From the human T2T-CHM13v2.0 reference genome, Homo sapiens, in assembly GCF_009914755.1 (NCBI RefSeq), contig NC_060931.1: 64,000 nt of DNA. One strand, written 5' to 3'. Position numbers and translations under genes: made by a program. The notes below the pieces were generated by a model, which had not been told where the DNA came from, made no database searches, and worked only from the letters and a program-made list of their open reading frames with translations. Each line of letters starts with the position of its first letter. Positions within the stretch are counted from its first letter, which is position 1. Shown here in pieces: positions 39,700-54,066 of this stretch.

Positions 39700-42144
39700 T
39701 AGGCACAGCCTTTTTCTATTGTAGTTTGTTTTATCGCGATTTGCTGATACTGCGGTTTTTACAAGTTGAATGTTTGTGGCAACCCTGCATCAAGCAAGTC
39801 TGTCAGCACCATTTTTCCAACAACATGTGCTCACTGGTAATTCTCACAATATTTCAAACTTTTTCATTATTATTATATCTGTTATGACGGTCTGTGATCA
39901 GTGATTTTTGATGTCAATATTGTAATTTTGGAGGGGTAATGTGTACCACATCCATATAAGACTGCAAATTTAATCAATAATGTGTTCTGACCGTTCCACT
40001 GACTGGTCTTTCTCAGTCTCTCTTCCTCTCTTCGGAACACTTTATCCCCTGATACACAAGAATATTGAAATTAGACCAACTGATAACACTATAATGGCCC
40101 CTAAATATTCAAGTGAAAGGAAGAGTCACACATCTCTCACTTTCAATCAAAAGCTAGAAATGATTAAGCTTAGTGAGGAATGCATGTCAAAAGCTGAGAT
40201 AGGCTGAAAGCTAGGCCACTTGCACCAACAGTTGGCCCAGCTGTGGATACAAAGAAAAGGTCTTGAAGGAAATTGAAAGTGCTACTGCAGTGAACACCTA
40301 AAAGATATGAAAGTGGAACTGCCGTGTTACTAATATGGAGAAAGTTTGAGTGGTCTGGATAGATCGACCCAGCCAGAACATTCTCTTAAGCCAAAGCCTA
40401 ATGCATAGTAAGGCCCTAACTCTCTTCAGTTCTATCAAGGCTGAGAGAAGTAAAGAAACTGCAGAAGAAAGGCTTGAAGCTAGCAGAGGTTGGTTCAGGA
40501 GGTTTAAAGAAAGAAGCTATCTCTATAACATGAAAGTACAAGGTGAAGCAACAAGGGCTGATGTAGAAGCTGCAGCAAGTTATCCAGAAGATCTAGCCAA
40601 GATCAAAGATGAAAGTGGCTATATTAAACAATATATTTTCAAAGTAGATAAAACGGCTTTCTATTGGAAGAAGATGTCATCTAGGATATTTACAGCTAGA
40701 GAAGAGAAGACAATGCCTGGCTTCAGAGCTTCAAAGGACAGGCTGACTCTCTTATTAGAGGCTAATGCAACTGGTGAGTTTACGTTGAAGCCAATGCTCA
40801 TTTGTCATTCTGAAAATCCCAAAGCCCTTAAGAATTATGCTAAATCAACTCTGCCTGTGCTCTAGAAATGGAACAACAAATCCTGGGTAACAGCACATCT
40901 GTTTACAAAATGGCTTACTGAATATTTTAAGCCCACAGTGGAGACCTACTGCTCAGAAAAAGGGATTCATTTGAAAATATTACTGCTTACTAACAATGGA
41001 CCTGATCACCCAAGAGTTCTGATGGAGATGTACGGGAAAGTAATGTTGTTTTCATGCCTGTTAACCCAACATCTGTTCTGCAGCCCATGAATCAAGGAGT
41101 AGTTTCAACTTTCAAGTCTTAGTATTTAAGAAATGCACTTCATAAGGCTGTAGCTGCCATAGATTAGTGATTTCTCTGATGGATCTGAGCAAAGTAAATT
41201 GAAAATTTTTGGAAGGGTTTCACTCTGCTAGGTGTCATTAAGAATATTTGTGATTCATAGGAGGAGGCCAAAATATCAATATTTATGTAGGAGTTTGGAA
41301 GAACTTGATTCCAACCCTCATAAATGACTTACAGAGGTTCAAGACTCCAGTGGAGGAAGTTATTTTAAATGTGGAAGACATAGCAAGAGAACTAGAATTA
41401 GAAATAGAGTCTGGAGATGTGACTGAATTGCTGTAATCTCATCAACAAACTTGAGTAGATGAGGAATGGCTTCTTATGGATGAGCGAAGAAATGGTTTCT
41501 TGAGATGGAATGTACTCCTAGTGAAGATGCTGTGAACATTGTTGAGATCACAACAAAGGATTTAGAATATTACATAATATTATTATTAATATAATAATAT
41601 ATTATTAGTTGATAAAGCACCAGCCGAGTTGGAGAGGATTCCAATTTTGAAAGATGTTCTACTGTGGGCCAAATAGTATCAAACAACATTGCATGCTGCA
41701 CAGAAATCTTTCATGAAAAGAAGAGTCAATCAGTGCAGCAAACTTCATTGTTATCTTATTTTCAGAAATTGCTACAGCTACCCCAACCTTCAGCAACCTG
41801 CTAGCCTGATCAGTCAGCAGCCATCAACCTTGAGGCAAGGCCCTCCACCAGCAAAAAGATTACCACTGGCTGAAAGCTCAGATAATTGTTAGCAATTTTT
41901 AGCAGCAAAATACTTTTAAATTAAATTATGTATATTTTGTTAGATATAATGTATATTTTGTTAGATAAAATGTATATTTTGTTAGATATAATGCTATTGC
42001 ACACGTAATAGATTACAGTTTTACATAAACATAACTTCTATATGTACTAGGAAGCCAAAAAATTTGTGTGACTTGCTTTATTGAGATATTTGCTCCATTG
42101 CTGTGGTCTGGAATTGAACCCACAATATCTCTAAGGTATGTCTG
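39700..42144 (+). mobile_element. Full-length Tigger1 (TcMar/pogo) DNA transposon with disrupted transposase
   Basis: 5' end AGGCA...GTTTGTGGCAACCCTGC; transposase from ATG 40094 (MAPKYSSERKSHTSLT..., [22 protein letters not shown]); 3' end AATATCTCTAAGGTATGTCTG|TA; ~2.44 kb; multiple stops and frameshifts. Confidence 0.93.
41928..41990 (+). repeat. 21-bp unit x3 tandem repeat inside Tigger1
   Basis: ATGTATATTTTGTTAGATA(T/A)A x3. Confidence 0.85.
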
Positions 42145-42689
42145 TATTCAAAAACTTGATTATCCAATTTAGTAAAGAATTTGCTCACATGAAGTTGTTC
42201 ATTGACAAATGAGTGAAGTTCTGACATTTTACTTGCTAATGAAAAAGAAAATATCAGCCAACACTCATGTTTATGGAACACTTTTTATTAATTGCAACCA
42301 TAATTTAGGGAGGATACAGGAATTCAGCAAAAGTCAGCAAAAGCATTAGAAGAGATTTAATTGGCTATATGAAAATCATAAACCTCATGAGTATATCATT
42401 TTTAATAATTGTGTGCCATTTATTCTTTATGTTAGTAAAGTATATTTCAAAAATATATACGTGTATGTATTTTCTTTCCTAGAGAGCAAATTTATCAGCG
42501 CAGCACTGACACTGTTTTACCCCCTTCACATTGCCTTAGTTTATCCATTAATTGCCAGCTCGTTTCCTTCTTTGACATTCTCACATTTGTTTGGCTGAAA
42601 CTTGAAATAGTTGTCAGACAGAAGTTGAGAAAGGTAATTTCTCACCATTATCTCTGTGGTCTTAGATACTTGATACTGGAAGTTGTGGA

Positions 42690-43195
42690 TATTGGTGATA
42701 GTGTTTAAGGTATTACATTCTCTTTCTTCTAGTTACAAAATTTGCCTCTCTTGCCTTCCTGCCACAGAGGAAACTATGAGACTCAGACTTGATTAATTTG
42801 AGCAACAGTGATTAGTGGATTATCAAGTGTCCTAATCAGAGAGAGAATTTGTCTCTGGGTTTGATACATAGATGCTCAGGGGAACTTCTTCCTAGGGTGG
42901 CTAAGCCAGATCTTCTGGCAAGTTAAGTTCTCCACCATGTGAGGAAGGTATCTCTACAGCAGGAGAAAATGAGATTACTGTGCCAAGAGAGATAATTCCC
43001 ACAGTAGTGAACAGCAGATAGAGTACATCCTGGTAATGCTGACTCTCCAGACCCAGTTCCTGTGGGCATTATTTCCTACAGCCATTGAGTTATTGTACGG
43101 TTTTCCCAGCTATATGGGCAATATATTGATATTTGCCTTAAGATAATATGAGTTGGCTTTCTCTTATTTGCAACATTGGTGTCCTGACTCATACA
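42690..43195 (+). mobile_element. MLT1-type MaLR LTR relic
   Basis: 3' end TGAGTTGGCTTTCTCTTATTTGCAAC...TCCTGACTCATACA. Confidence 0.55.
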
Positions 43196-44440
43196 AATCC
43201 CAGTATATTTAGTGAGCAGGCTTCACTGAGTTTGCAAACTTTCTGAAATTCTATGCAAGATTTGTGTGTTTCTGTTTAGGTGCATTTTTACCCCCTGGGA
43301 ATAGGGTTCATGGCTTTCCTCAGATTTGAAAAAAGAACCATACACCCACAAAAGCTGACTAAAGTTAATGTGAATCAAAATAAGCTAAATACATAGCTTT
43401 CTATGTCAGAATTTGTTCAGCATGTATCGCACAAATCAAGTGGTGGTTACATTCACCTGAGCATGAATTTGAGTCTTTCTTTGATGTTTTTGACCTAGAT
43501 TTCAAAGCTTCCTAAGAGTTGTAAGTCCCAAAGGCACTTAATTTCCATTTGATTTCTTCCTTGTTACTTTCTTCACATAGTAACCTTTTTGTATATGTGT
43601 GATATTGTTAGCATATTTCTCAGGAGAGACTAAAATGGGAGGCACTTGTTATTCACTTGATTTATGAAATTCCAAGAAGGATGAACAGTGAATAAGAAGT
43701 AACTGTATTTTATCAAAACTTCAAAAAATGACTTTTATCTGTCTTTAGAAATAACTTTCAAGGAAATGACATCAGGCAGTAAACTCAAATTTGGTGACTA
43801 TTTCTCAGATGTTTTAAGATTACTTTTACAAAGACTTCTAGGTTAAGAGGACAATGAAATTAAGTTATAGAGTGGGAAGAACCTTTAGTGGGGGCAAATT
43901 AAAACTAGACTTATTGTGAATGAGAAAACAGTAAAATATAAGAAACCTATCTTTTTCTCTTGAGATGTTAGCTATCAAGTGGAAAATAATTGCATTTGGT
44001 AAAAGGCAAAATAAAGTGTTCCCAATACTATACATTTAATACCTTTACTTCAGAAACAGCTAAAGCAATTTCAGAGGATGATTTTTGTCTAAAAAGGTAA
44101 TTTATTGCTTGGATAAGCATGACACAGAAGGCTGTACAGGTTATGCTTGCCTAACTGAAGCAATATTTTGTCAGCCTCTGTAAGAGTTTTGATTGATTGT
44201 ATCTATGGCCCTAAAAAGAAATTATTTAAATCTTCTTTAAAATGTAATGCACACAATAAAGTAATATAGTGAGTTATTTGAAAATAAATCTTAATTAAAA
44301 ATTAAAATGCAGTATATTTTACTTTATAAAAAATAAAAACACTTTCTCACTAGAGCCAATAGACAACATTATAAATATCCCATCAAAGTTGAAGTAAATA
44401 AACAATGTTTAAGGCTTACGGAAGAATACAAATAGACTAA

Positions 44441-44836
<396 letters not shown>

Positions 44837-47549
44837 TAAGAAGAATTTTACTACATTTAAATTTGTGCACTTAGTTGAAATTTAGCGTTACTTCTCTAAA
44901 TCATACAAACCATTAAGTTACTAGTTGAGAATGATTAATTAATACACAGAAAGAAATTCTATCCTTAGTTCTAAGGCTGCAGTAGTTTATACCTATTTAA
45001 TGGGTAGTTTAGCTAGTCTAACCCTTAAGGCTAGCTCACATTCTTGGAATCTATATATTCACAAATACCTCTCATGCTATTGGCAATAATATTAAGTCAA
45101 ACATATGCAAAGATAAGTTGATATATAAGCATGACACAGAAAGCTATTAAGTCCTTGTTCACTGAACTGAAACAATATTTTGCCATCCTTTACATGAGTG
45201 TGTGCATGTGTGTGTATGTGTGTGTGGGTGTGTCTAAAAGAAAGGTTTGGGTACAAGATTAATGAATTGGCCCCTAAATGTTTCTGATGACAGAACTCAG
45301 ATTTTCATGATAATTCATTACAACAGAACTGCAAATTAACATGGCTTTAGGTGTTGTGTTCAGCACCAAGAAGAAAAAGTTAGATGCAAAGAAATCTGGT
45401 TTGAGACAAGAAATATGTGACTTATAATTCTTTATTATCTACTTATTGAAATTCTTTATTACTTCCATAAGATACCTTACCCTGATGTCGAAAGTAGTAA
45501 CTGATCTCAAACTAAACCGTGCTGTAAAACAGTTTGGCACCTATTTAAGTTGTTATTTTATTTGACATGCAGATGGAGTTTTAAAACACAAAATAAATAA
45601 CCAACAGATCCATGTGGCAACTCCTCACACAAAAGACTTTATGCATACTAAGGTGTATATAAAACACCACACTCTCACCTGTGGATAATACTAATACTGA
45701 GTTAGAAGATTTTCACCCTTATACTGCCAGAAAGGAAATTGCAAACAGATGATATACACAGTTCATTGATATGCTTAATACACTTACTCCATGAAGTGTA
45801 GAAAAACTGCCAAAAAAGAAATTATGAACAGCATTCCAAACGCTTAGGAAGTTAATGTTATATTTTAGAAAAGTAATGACCGAAAACCATTTTCTACTTC
45901 ATACATGATACTTACATATCTGCACAAGCTTTCCCCTCACATATAAAAAGCTGAAAATAAATGGAAAACACCAATAAAGCTGGCCACTAATATTGCCACT
46001 TCCAGAAGAAGGACAATAATGTGACATCTTTCATAGCTGACAGGATTTCTGCCAGAGGCTTGGTAGATTGTCCTCTACTGAGTTACTTCTTCTACCTATT
46101 TCTCAATTACAAGCTTATGTTCCTGCAAAATACTAACCTAGCCAAATAAACAACCATTGTTTCTGAAAACAGCATCTGCCCTGTGTCCTTTATTCTATTC
46201 TATCTTAATAAATCAGGGTCAGTACATGACAAAAACAATCTGAAATCTTCTCTACTAGTCTCTTCGGAAATACAGCATCCAAATTTAATCCTAAGCATCC
46301 ACTTTTGTGCTTTCTCCCCTCATACCTTATAATGACCCCTCTACCTTTTCTGATTCACAGGTAACTCTTAAACTAAAGGTACAACAGACCCAACAGGCAG
46401 AAAAAGAGCCTGCAAGGCAAGAGAATGAGACCCAAATGCTGCACCAGTTCAAGCTGAAGTACAAAGGAGGCCAAAAGTTTACCCTGCTGTGTTCGATTTT
46501 TAAAATTCTATAGCCCATTTTAGGTTAAAGATCCTATCTCCTCTTTTTTCAAAATGTCTAACCCCATCCCAAACATGAGAACCATTTTTTCTACCCTCTT
46601 CCAAATGTGAAACCTGCTGAGCAATTAAAAAGAACAGAAGTCAATAGGCACTGAGGAAAAACATGGGTCTCAGAGTTGGTTTGTGGTAGGGACAAAACAT
46701 TTAAAGTATTAGTATAAGCCCTTTAACAAAAGTAAGAGAATTCTTTTACTTTCAGAATTTTTATTTGCATAACTTCATTTAATAGACAACTGATTGAACT
46801 TTGATTATAAAATAATTATGAAAACCCCAAAATGAATGTGACTGCTTGCCATAATTGATGCAGCTACAGTTTGAAAATAACACATGAGGCAAGGAGAGGA
46901 CGCAGCAGAAAATTTAGAATAATAATATTTTAGGCAGTAACTGTTGATGAATGCCAATTTTGAATTATTTTAAAAACCAGAGATTAATAAATAGTTTTAT
47001 AGGACACAGTTTTATAAAACTTAAAAGTAAATTTTTTTGTGAACTCTCTAGAGAATAACTTTTGGCAAATATACTAGTGATGAAACACTTTCTATTCTGT
47101 AATAATTATATTGCATGCAATCATTACTTTGTAGGTCTTTCCTCTACTACATTGAGCTTAATAAAGTGCTTATCTTTGTATCTGCAGGTCCTATACAAAA
47201 TGTAACTCAAATGTTTGCACACTTACTTAATTTACTTATTTATACCTTATATTGTTATGGAATACATTCTTGAGAGTTTACATTAGAATCAGTTCTGAAG
47301 CTTTTTATAAAACAAATGCTCAGGCCCCACTCTGCACATAGGGCTAGATATGTTTTAAAAGCTGTACAAATTGATATACATGCTATGAAATGATGGATAT
47401 ATAGAGACATGATGGAAACATTCCTGCCAAAGTCAGGAACAAGGTAAGGATAGCTATCAGCTCCACTACTACTAAACTTAGACCAAAGCTACTAGCTGGT
47501 GAAATCATACAAGGGAAAATAAGCAGCACTGTAAGAATTTGAAAAGAAA

Positions 47550-47705
47550 GGACCCAGTGCAGTAGTGTGTACCTGGCAACTGAAGTCCTAGCTACTTGGG
47601 AGGCTGAGGTGGGAGGAGGGCTTGAGTCCTGGAGTTTGAGGCCAGCCTGGAAAATGCAGGGAGATCCCATTTCTTAAAAAAAATAAAAAATTAATAAATA
47701 AATAA
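47550..47705 (+). mobile_element. FLAM_A-like Alu monomer
   Basis: Short monomer plus A-rich tail. Confidence 0.75.
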
Positions 47706-48172
47706 AGTAGAAAACAAAGAGTAAAACTGTATGTAAAGACATATGATATGTTGGTGTACTGAGAACACAGAAGATAATGCTAAGACTAACACAAGTAAGA
47801 AAAAACATTTAATAAGGTAGCAGATATTAAAAATATATAATTAAAGAAACAAATGTTTAAAATAAGGACAGAAAGAAATATTTAGAAATAAATCAACAAA
47901 AACTGTGCAAAACCTATGTAAGAAAAACCTTAAAATATTCAAATGCAGAAAGTAGGCCTGAAATAATGGAAAGACATCCCTTCTCTTTGGGAAAGAAAAC
48001 TCAATATTATAAAGACGTAAATTCCCTTCAAGTTAATATATAAATTAAATGTGATCCCAGTAAAGATACTCTGAAGTTGTTGTTATTTGATGAAGATAGA
48101 TTAATGCTAAGATTCATGTGGAAAAATAAACATGCAAGAATATGAAGGGAAACTCCAAATAAAGAAAAGCTA

Positions 48173-48989
<817 letters not shown>

Positions 48990-49024
48990 TTAACAAAAAT
49001 TGTATTCAAATATTAGAATTTTGG

Positions 49025-49322
49025 AGCCAGGTGCAGTGGCTCATGCCCCAGCACTTTGGGAGGCTGAGACAGGAGGATCACTTGAGGCCATGAGTTCAAG
49101 ACCAGCCTGGGCAAAATAGTGAGACCTCGTCTATACAAAACATTAAAAAAATTAGCCGGACCTGGTGGCATGTGCCTGTGGTCCCAGCTACGGGGGAGGA
49201 TGAGGTGAGAGGATCACTTGGGCCTTTGGAAGTTGAGACTACAGTGAATGGTGATCCCGCCACTGTACTCTATCCAGCCGGGGCATCAGAGCAACACTCT
49301 GTCTCAGACAAAAAAAAAAAAA
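49025..49322 (+). mobile_element. AluJ-family SINE
   Basis: Dimer with AluJ features and A-tail. Confidence 0.9.
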
Positions 49323-49463
49323 TTTGAAAAAAGACAAAATTAGATCCATACTTCATCTATTCAAAAGACAATTCTCCAAACACATCAGGTATCCAAATGT
49401 AAAATATTAAATCATATAATTACTAGAAGAGAACATGAATGAGTTCATTTAAGACATGAATGT

Positions 49464-51291
49464 CAGTGCCGCTACACACATGATCCCATACCAGACACTG
49501 TATATAGGTGATCTCAATGAAAAGTTGCTCAAAACTCAGTGAGGAAGATACATTGTCATCATACCCACTCTGTCGATGGAAAAACCTGATGCAGATAAGC
49601 TATGAGATAGAAGGCCACATATTTCCCTGGGTGGTCTCTCTCAGCCTGATCATGTAAATTAACACCTTATATTCATAGGGATATTCAGAGTCTAAAGAAG
49701 ATTTTAAGAAACAAGGTATCATACCCATTACAGGCAGCCTTGCAGCCTTCTTCAAATTCCTCATGCCACAGAACCTGCAGTGTAATGACACTAGTTAAGT
49801 CCAGGCCTTTTCGGGAAAAGCAAGGGAAGATACTGCCGAAAGGTCGCAGGCTCATTGCAGACGATCTGAAGGCTGGAGCTGTGCTGAAAGTTTTCTTCTC
49901 TAGCCATCTATAATACATAAAGAAGCTGCTCATCGATAAGCTGAAGGGTGTCAGCTTCATTAAGATGAAATTCGAGGACATCAAGGATTGGTCCAACCTA
50001 GTAATGCCACGAGAATAATGGGGATTTTTGCCAAACCTGACCATGCTAACATGACATATCCAAAGACTCAGCTTTAGCACTCACTGCCTTTATTATTGAT
50101 TTGTGACAATCTCTGCGACCCTGGGAACCTGGGGACAATTCTGAGATCTCCAGCTGGGGAAGGCTGCAGCAAAGTGTTACTCACTTTGAAAGGATGTGTG
50201 GATGCCTGGGAGCCCAAAGTGCTACAGGCGGGTATGGGTGCACATTTCCAAGTGCCCATTATCGATAATCTGAAAACGAAACAGTGCCAAATTACCTGCC
50301 CCCTGACACCCAGGTCTGTGTGGCTGACAACTGAAGCCTTTATGCTCAGGCTCAGATGTCTAATAAAGCCAGTGACCATGGCTGGGTGTAGGATTGGCGA
50401 TTCCTGAAGTTTCACAAGTATGAAGAAAAGCAAGGTCTAGAAACTGGAGCCAGTAAAGGTTTGCTGCCTGTTATTGAGGTTCAGAGTTATGACTTGGACT
50501 GGACAGAGGCACCAGCAGCTGTAATGGTTGGTGGCGTGACCTACGGCATGATCCTGGAATCTCTGTAGTTTGCCGAGAGCCCTGCGGGCAAGAGGCTGCT
50601 GATCCCTGTTGCACCTGGAGTGGACAGCCTCAACTCAGCCATGGCTGCACGCATCCTGTTTTTTGAAGGGAAAAGACAACTGCGGGTGAGGGCGGAACAC
50701 TTGAGCAGGGACAGGAGTTACCACGGAGAGGGGACAGAAAAGTGAGTTCTGCTGAGGACATCTCCAGCTCCCCCTATGCTGGCACATCGTTAGGAGGCTG
50801 GCAGAGTCGGAAACTGTGGCCTCTCAGTTGGTGACTGTGGCCTCCATGTTCAGGAGGCAACAGGTAAGCATGATACCATCATATGGTTATAGGAAAAATC
50901 AGAATTTCCATAAATTTCTGCTATTCCTCAGAAATAACAGGTCAAAATCCTTCCTGAGAACCCCCATCTCTTCACTGATTTTGAGGTTATATCTTATTCT
51001 TTTCCTTGGTGACAATACAAATAGGGGATCCACATGGCTCTGTATGTGTGTTTTTAAAAATTGTCCACTGAGAAGCATTTCGTGCCCAGAAAGCTCCTGA
51101 AAGCATCATCTCGGGCAGGGAGGAATTTGCTCCACCAGCTGGTGGGTGTTTTGCAATCATCGAGCACTGGTTATAGGTCATGGCCAAGTCACTCACATGT
51201 GATCATTGGTCAATGGTAAATAAAATAAAGTGTAGAACCAGCAGATTACATTGAAAAGTTTTATTTGTGTGATCAAAAAAATAAATAAAAT
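49464..51291 (+). pseudogene. MRM3P2: Processed pseudogene of MRM3/RNMTL1 (mitochondrial 16S rRNA 2'-O-methyltransferase, SpoU family); symbol from memory
   Basis: 49778-50727 is an intronless match to MRM3 from SVMT(L)VKSRPFREKQGKIL through ICDNL.DPGNLGTILRS, GCVDAWEPKVL.AGMGAHF and VDSLNSAMAA to LSRDRSYH. It has in-frame stops (e.g. CTA TAA, CTT TAG, CTG TAG) and frameshifts. 3'UTR, AATAAA at 51219, A-rich tail at 51275-51291, TSD AAGACATGAATGT (49451-49463) / AAAACAGGAATGT (51292-51304). Confidence 0.93.
49725..49774 (-). pseudogene. GLOD4 exon-2-like 50-nt fragment (antisense within the MRM3 retrocopy), with flanking splice signals
   Basis: Minus strand cag|GTT CTG TGG CAT GAG GAA TTT GAA GAA GGC TGC AAG GCT GCC TGT AAT GG|gtatga = VLWHEEFEEGCKAACNG, versus recalled GLOD4 VLRHEEFEEGCKAACNG. 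Confidence 0.85.
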
Positions 51292-52081
51292 AAAACAGGA
51301 ATGTAGGGAAATCCTTTCTAACTATGACTCAAAATCTAGAAGCATTAAGAGAAAATATTTTACTTTGCAGCTCTTATTGCCAAAGGGATTTTTATCCAGT
51401 GGAAGGCTGACTTCACCAGAGCAAGAAAAATCAGCCAGAGGCATCTGGGATGAATCTTGCAGCTACAGGACCAGCACCCAGACCATCTGTGAGATTTGGG
51501 CAAAACTGTGCTCATCAAGTGCAGCCTACCTCTACCCTCACAGTGTTGCCCACTTCATTCAACTGGGATTTTTTTCTCTATTAGTACTCCACCAAAATTA
51601 GAGCCTCTAGTCTGTTTCTCCAATACCCAGAGGCCCTGCATAGAATTTACTACCATTTTCCTACCAAAGGCCACATCCTATTCCGGAATTCCCCATACTA
51701 TTAGTCGTTAACTAAGGACCTGCTTTAAAATAATAACTCAGAACCAGAATGCCATCAAATTGACTTCCTCTGGTACTTACACTTCCTTGTACATATTTAT
51801 ACCCTGATATGACATGGACCCCTTGCATTACCTGTCATCTCTAATAATTACTGCACAATTGGTTCTTCTCAAATAATGACTCCTGTTAGGACCAAGACCA
51901 GGGCTTCTTTCAACTTTGCATTTTGGACTACTAGCTTGGTTTCCTCAGTTTTTTACCTGCAGTGAAGTCACTCTTCTCAGTGATGCTTTTCCCACACTAT
52001 CCTGCCTTTCCTTTCCTGTGTCCAGTCCCTATTGCTAGAATTAGCTAGCTTTCTTTAATCACCAAATTGCCTTTTATTATG

Positions 52082-53196
52082 CTGTGGCAGACATTATAGC
52101 GCTCACTTATATCTGTTCTTTCTTTCTGGAAACGTATTGCATAAAACTTCCCTGTCCACCTTTTAGTTAGGTGATATTGTCTTAGGTCAAGTTTCCCAGA
52201 TCCAATCTGTAAGACAAGAATGTATATGCAAGTGATATATTAAGGAAATATTCTCAAGGAAGACTGTAAGGAAGTGATAGAAGCAAGACAGAGAATGAAA
52301 TAAAGCCAAGCAAGGCAAAAGTCCCACACATGGTAGGCTTTAGGAAGATCCTACAAGAGAATTTTGGAGGGAAAACAATTTCTCAGAGTTATCCCAACCT
52401 GAAGCAAGGGAGCTGAGCTAATATTCCTGTACAAAACAGTCTCTAATCAACAGCCACAGACAGGCACGGTGGCTCACGCCTATAATCCCAGCACTTTGGG
52501 AGGCTGAGGCAGTCAAATCACTTGAGCCCAAAAGTTCGAGACCAGCTTGGGCAACATAGTGAGAGTCCATCTCTACAAAAAATTAGCCAAGCATAATGGT
52601 TCTCACCTGTAGTCCCAGCTCCTTGGGAGGCTGAAATCACTTGAGCCTGGGAAGTCAAAGCTGCAGTGAGCTGTGAACACACCACTGCACTCAGCCTGGG
52701 CGACACAGTAACACCTTGTCTCAAAAAAAAAAAAAAAAATCAACAGCCACTTCAAAGTATGCACCAGGCATTTCTGGCTCTTGATGCAAAGGGGCTCCAG
52801 TAACCCAAATGGAAGCTATTGAAGAAGAGTCACAGGTGCTGGCCATTGAACACATGCCAATCAGGGATTTAAGCCAATGACAGACATTATCTGTTTCAGG
52901 TCTCAAGTGAGTAGTTCTCTGGCCAATGATTTTTGAATGGAAATTATTGTCACAGTGAATTTCACTTTCCGTGTGCACTCCTCCAGCAATTTTTTCTCCT
53001 TCCTTGTGTCAATCTAGAAGTCTATCTGCTTTAGAAAATGCAGCACCATAAGGTGGTAGAGTCTGGTCAGATTGCATCTTTGAGTTATGGAGGCAGAGCC
53101 TTCTTCTGACCTATGTTAGACATTTCTATTAAGTGAGGAATAAACTTAGTATGTGTTTGTTATTATAGCACATCCTCTCCTATCCTGACTAATACA
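52082..53196. mobile_element. Nested LTRs: MLT1-type LTR (+) interrupted by an LTR16-like LTR (-, ~52177-52898), itself interrupted by an Alu
   Basis: TGTGGCAGAC start and CCTATCCTGACTAATACA end (MLT1); TGTCTTAGGTC...AGACAAGAATG...GCAAGTG (LTR16-like, reverse). Confidence 0.6.
52458..52739 (+). mobile_element. AluJ-family SINE
   Basis: Dimer; TSD AATCAACAGCCAC. Confidence 0.92.
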
Positions 53197-54066
53197 TATC
53201 CCATATATGCATTTTTCATTCAAAAATATTTGCTGAGCAAATATCATGTGCTAGATATTATGCTAGAGAATATAAAGACAAAAAAGAAATGTTCCTTTTC
53301 CTCAGAAAGCCCCTTATCATAATAGAGTCTAGTTAGTGCCATGATAGAGATATGTGGTGGGACCCAGAATGCTTTGTGAACAATGAGTAGGAGACTCTAA
53401 AAGAGACAGCAAGGCCAGGCAAGTCTCCTTAGAGATTCCACATGAGTCACATTATAAAGCATGAGTTAAAATTAGCTAGAAAAATAAAGGGGCTGGGAAA
53501 GGAAGGTCAACAGAAGCAGCCAGAACATGAGATGCAAAGTTCTGATTTGTGAAGGACAGGATACACTGATGACTCACTAATATATAACAATATACAAAGT
53601 AGTATTTTGATATTTTATTTGTTGTAGCTTGGCCTGTCAGATTGAACCACAGACTAGTTAATTGACAGGAAGTAATTTCAAATGATGAGCTAGTTCATGA
53701 CCTAAAGCAAATTATTATTTTACTTCTCTGTGTCCTGTTTACCTATTCTGAAAGATGAAAGTACTGACCTGCTTCATAGAGATGTTGTTTAATTACTCTT
53801 CAAAGTTGCTTTGAAAATATCAAGGCCTTCTCAAACATAAAGTACTAGTACAATTTCCTTAGGAGCTGTGCTAACAGAAGAAAATGTAGGTTTAAATCTT
53901 TAGACTGGAATAAATCTAAAGAAGAAAATAATTATTGATTCCTTTCCACTAGTATTAGAGCAATTTCTACTGATACGTCTTTAATGATCTCAGGATAAAA
54001 AAAAAATGGTAAAGGTATGATTATTCCATGACAAGAATAGGAAAATTTTTAAAGTTACCACCCCTG

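Noticed and set aside
50096-50407. 103-aa ORF with SpoU methyltransferase motifs as a functional retrogene
   Set aside because: It starts at TTG, frameshifts out of MRM3 homology after PIIDNL, and is surrounded by in-frame stops.
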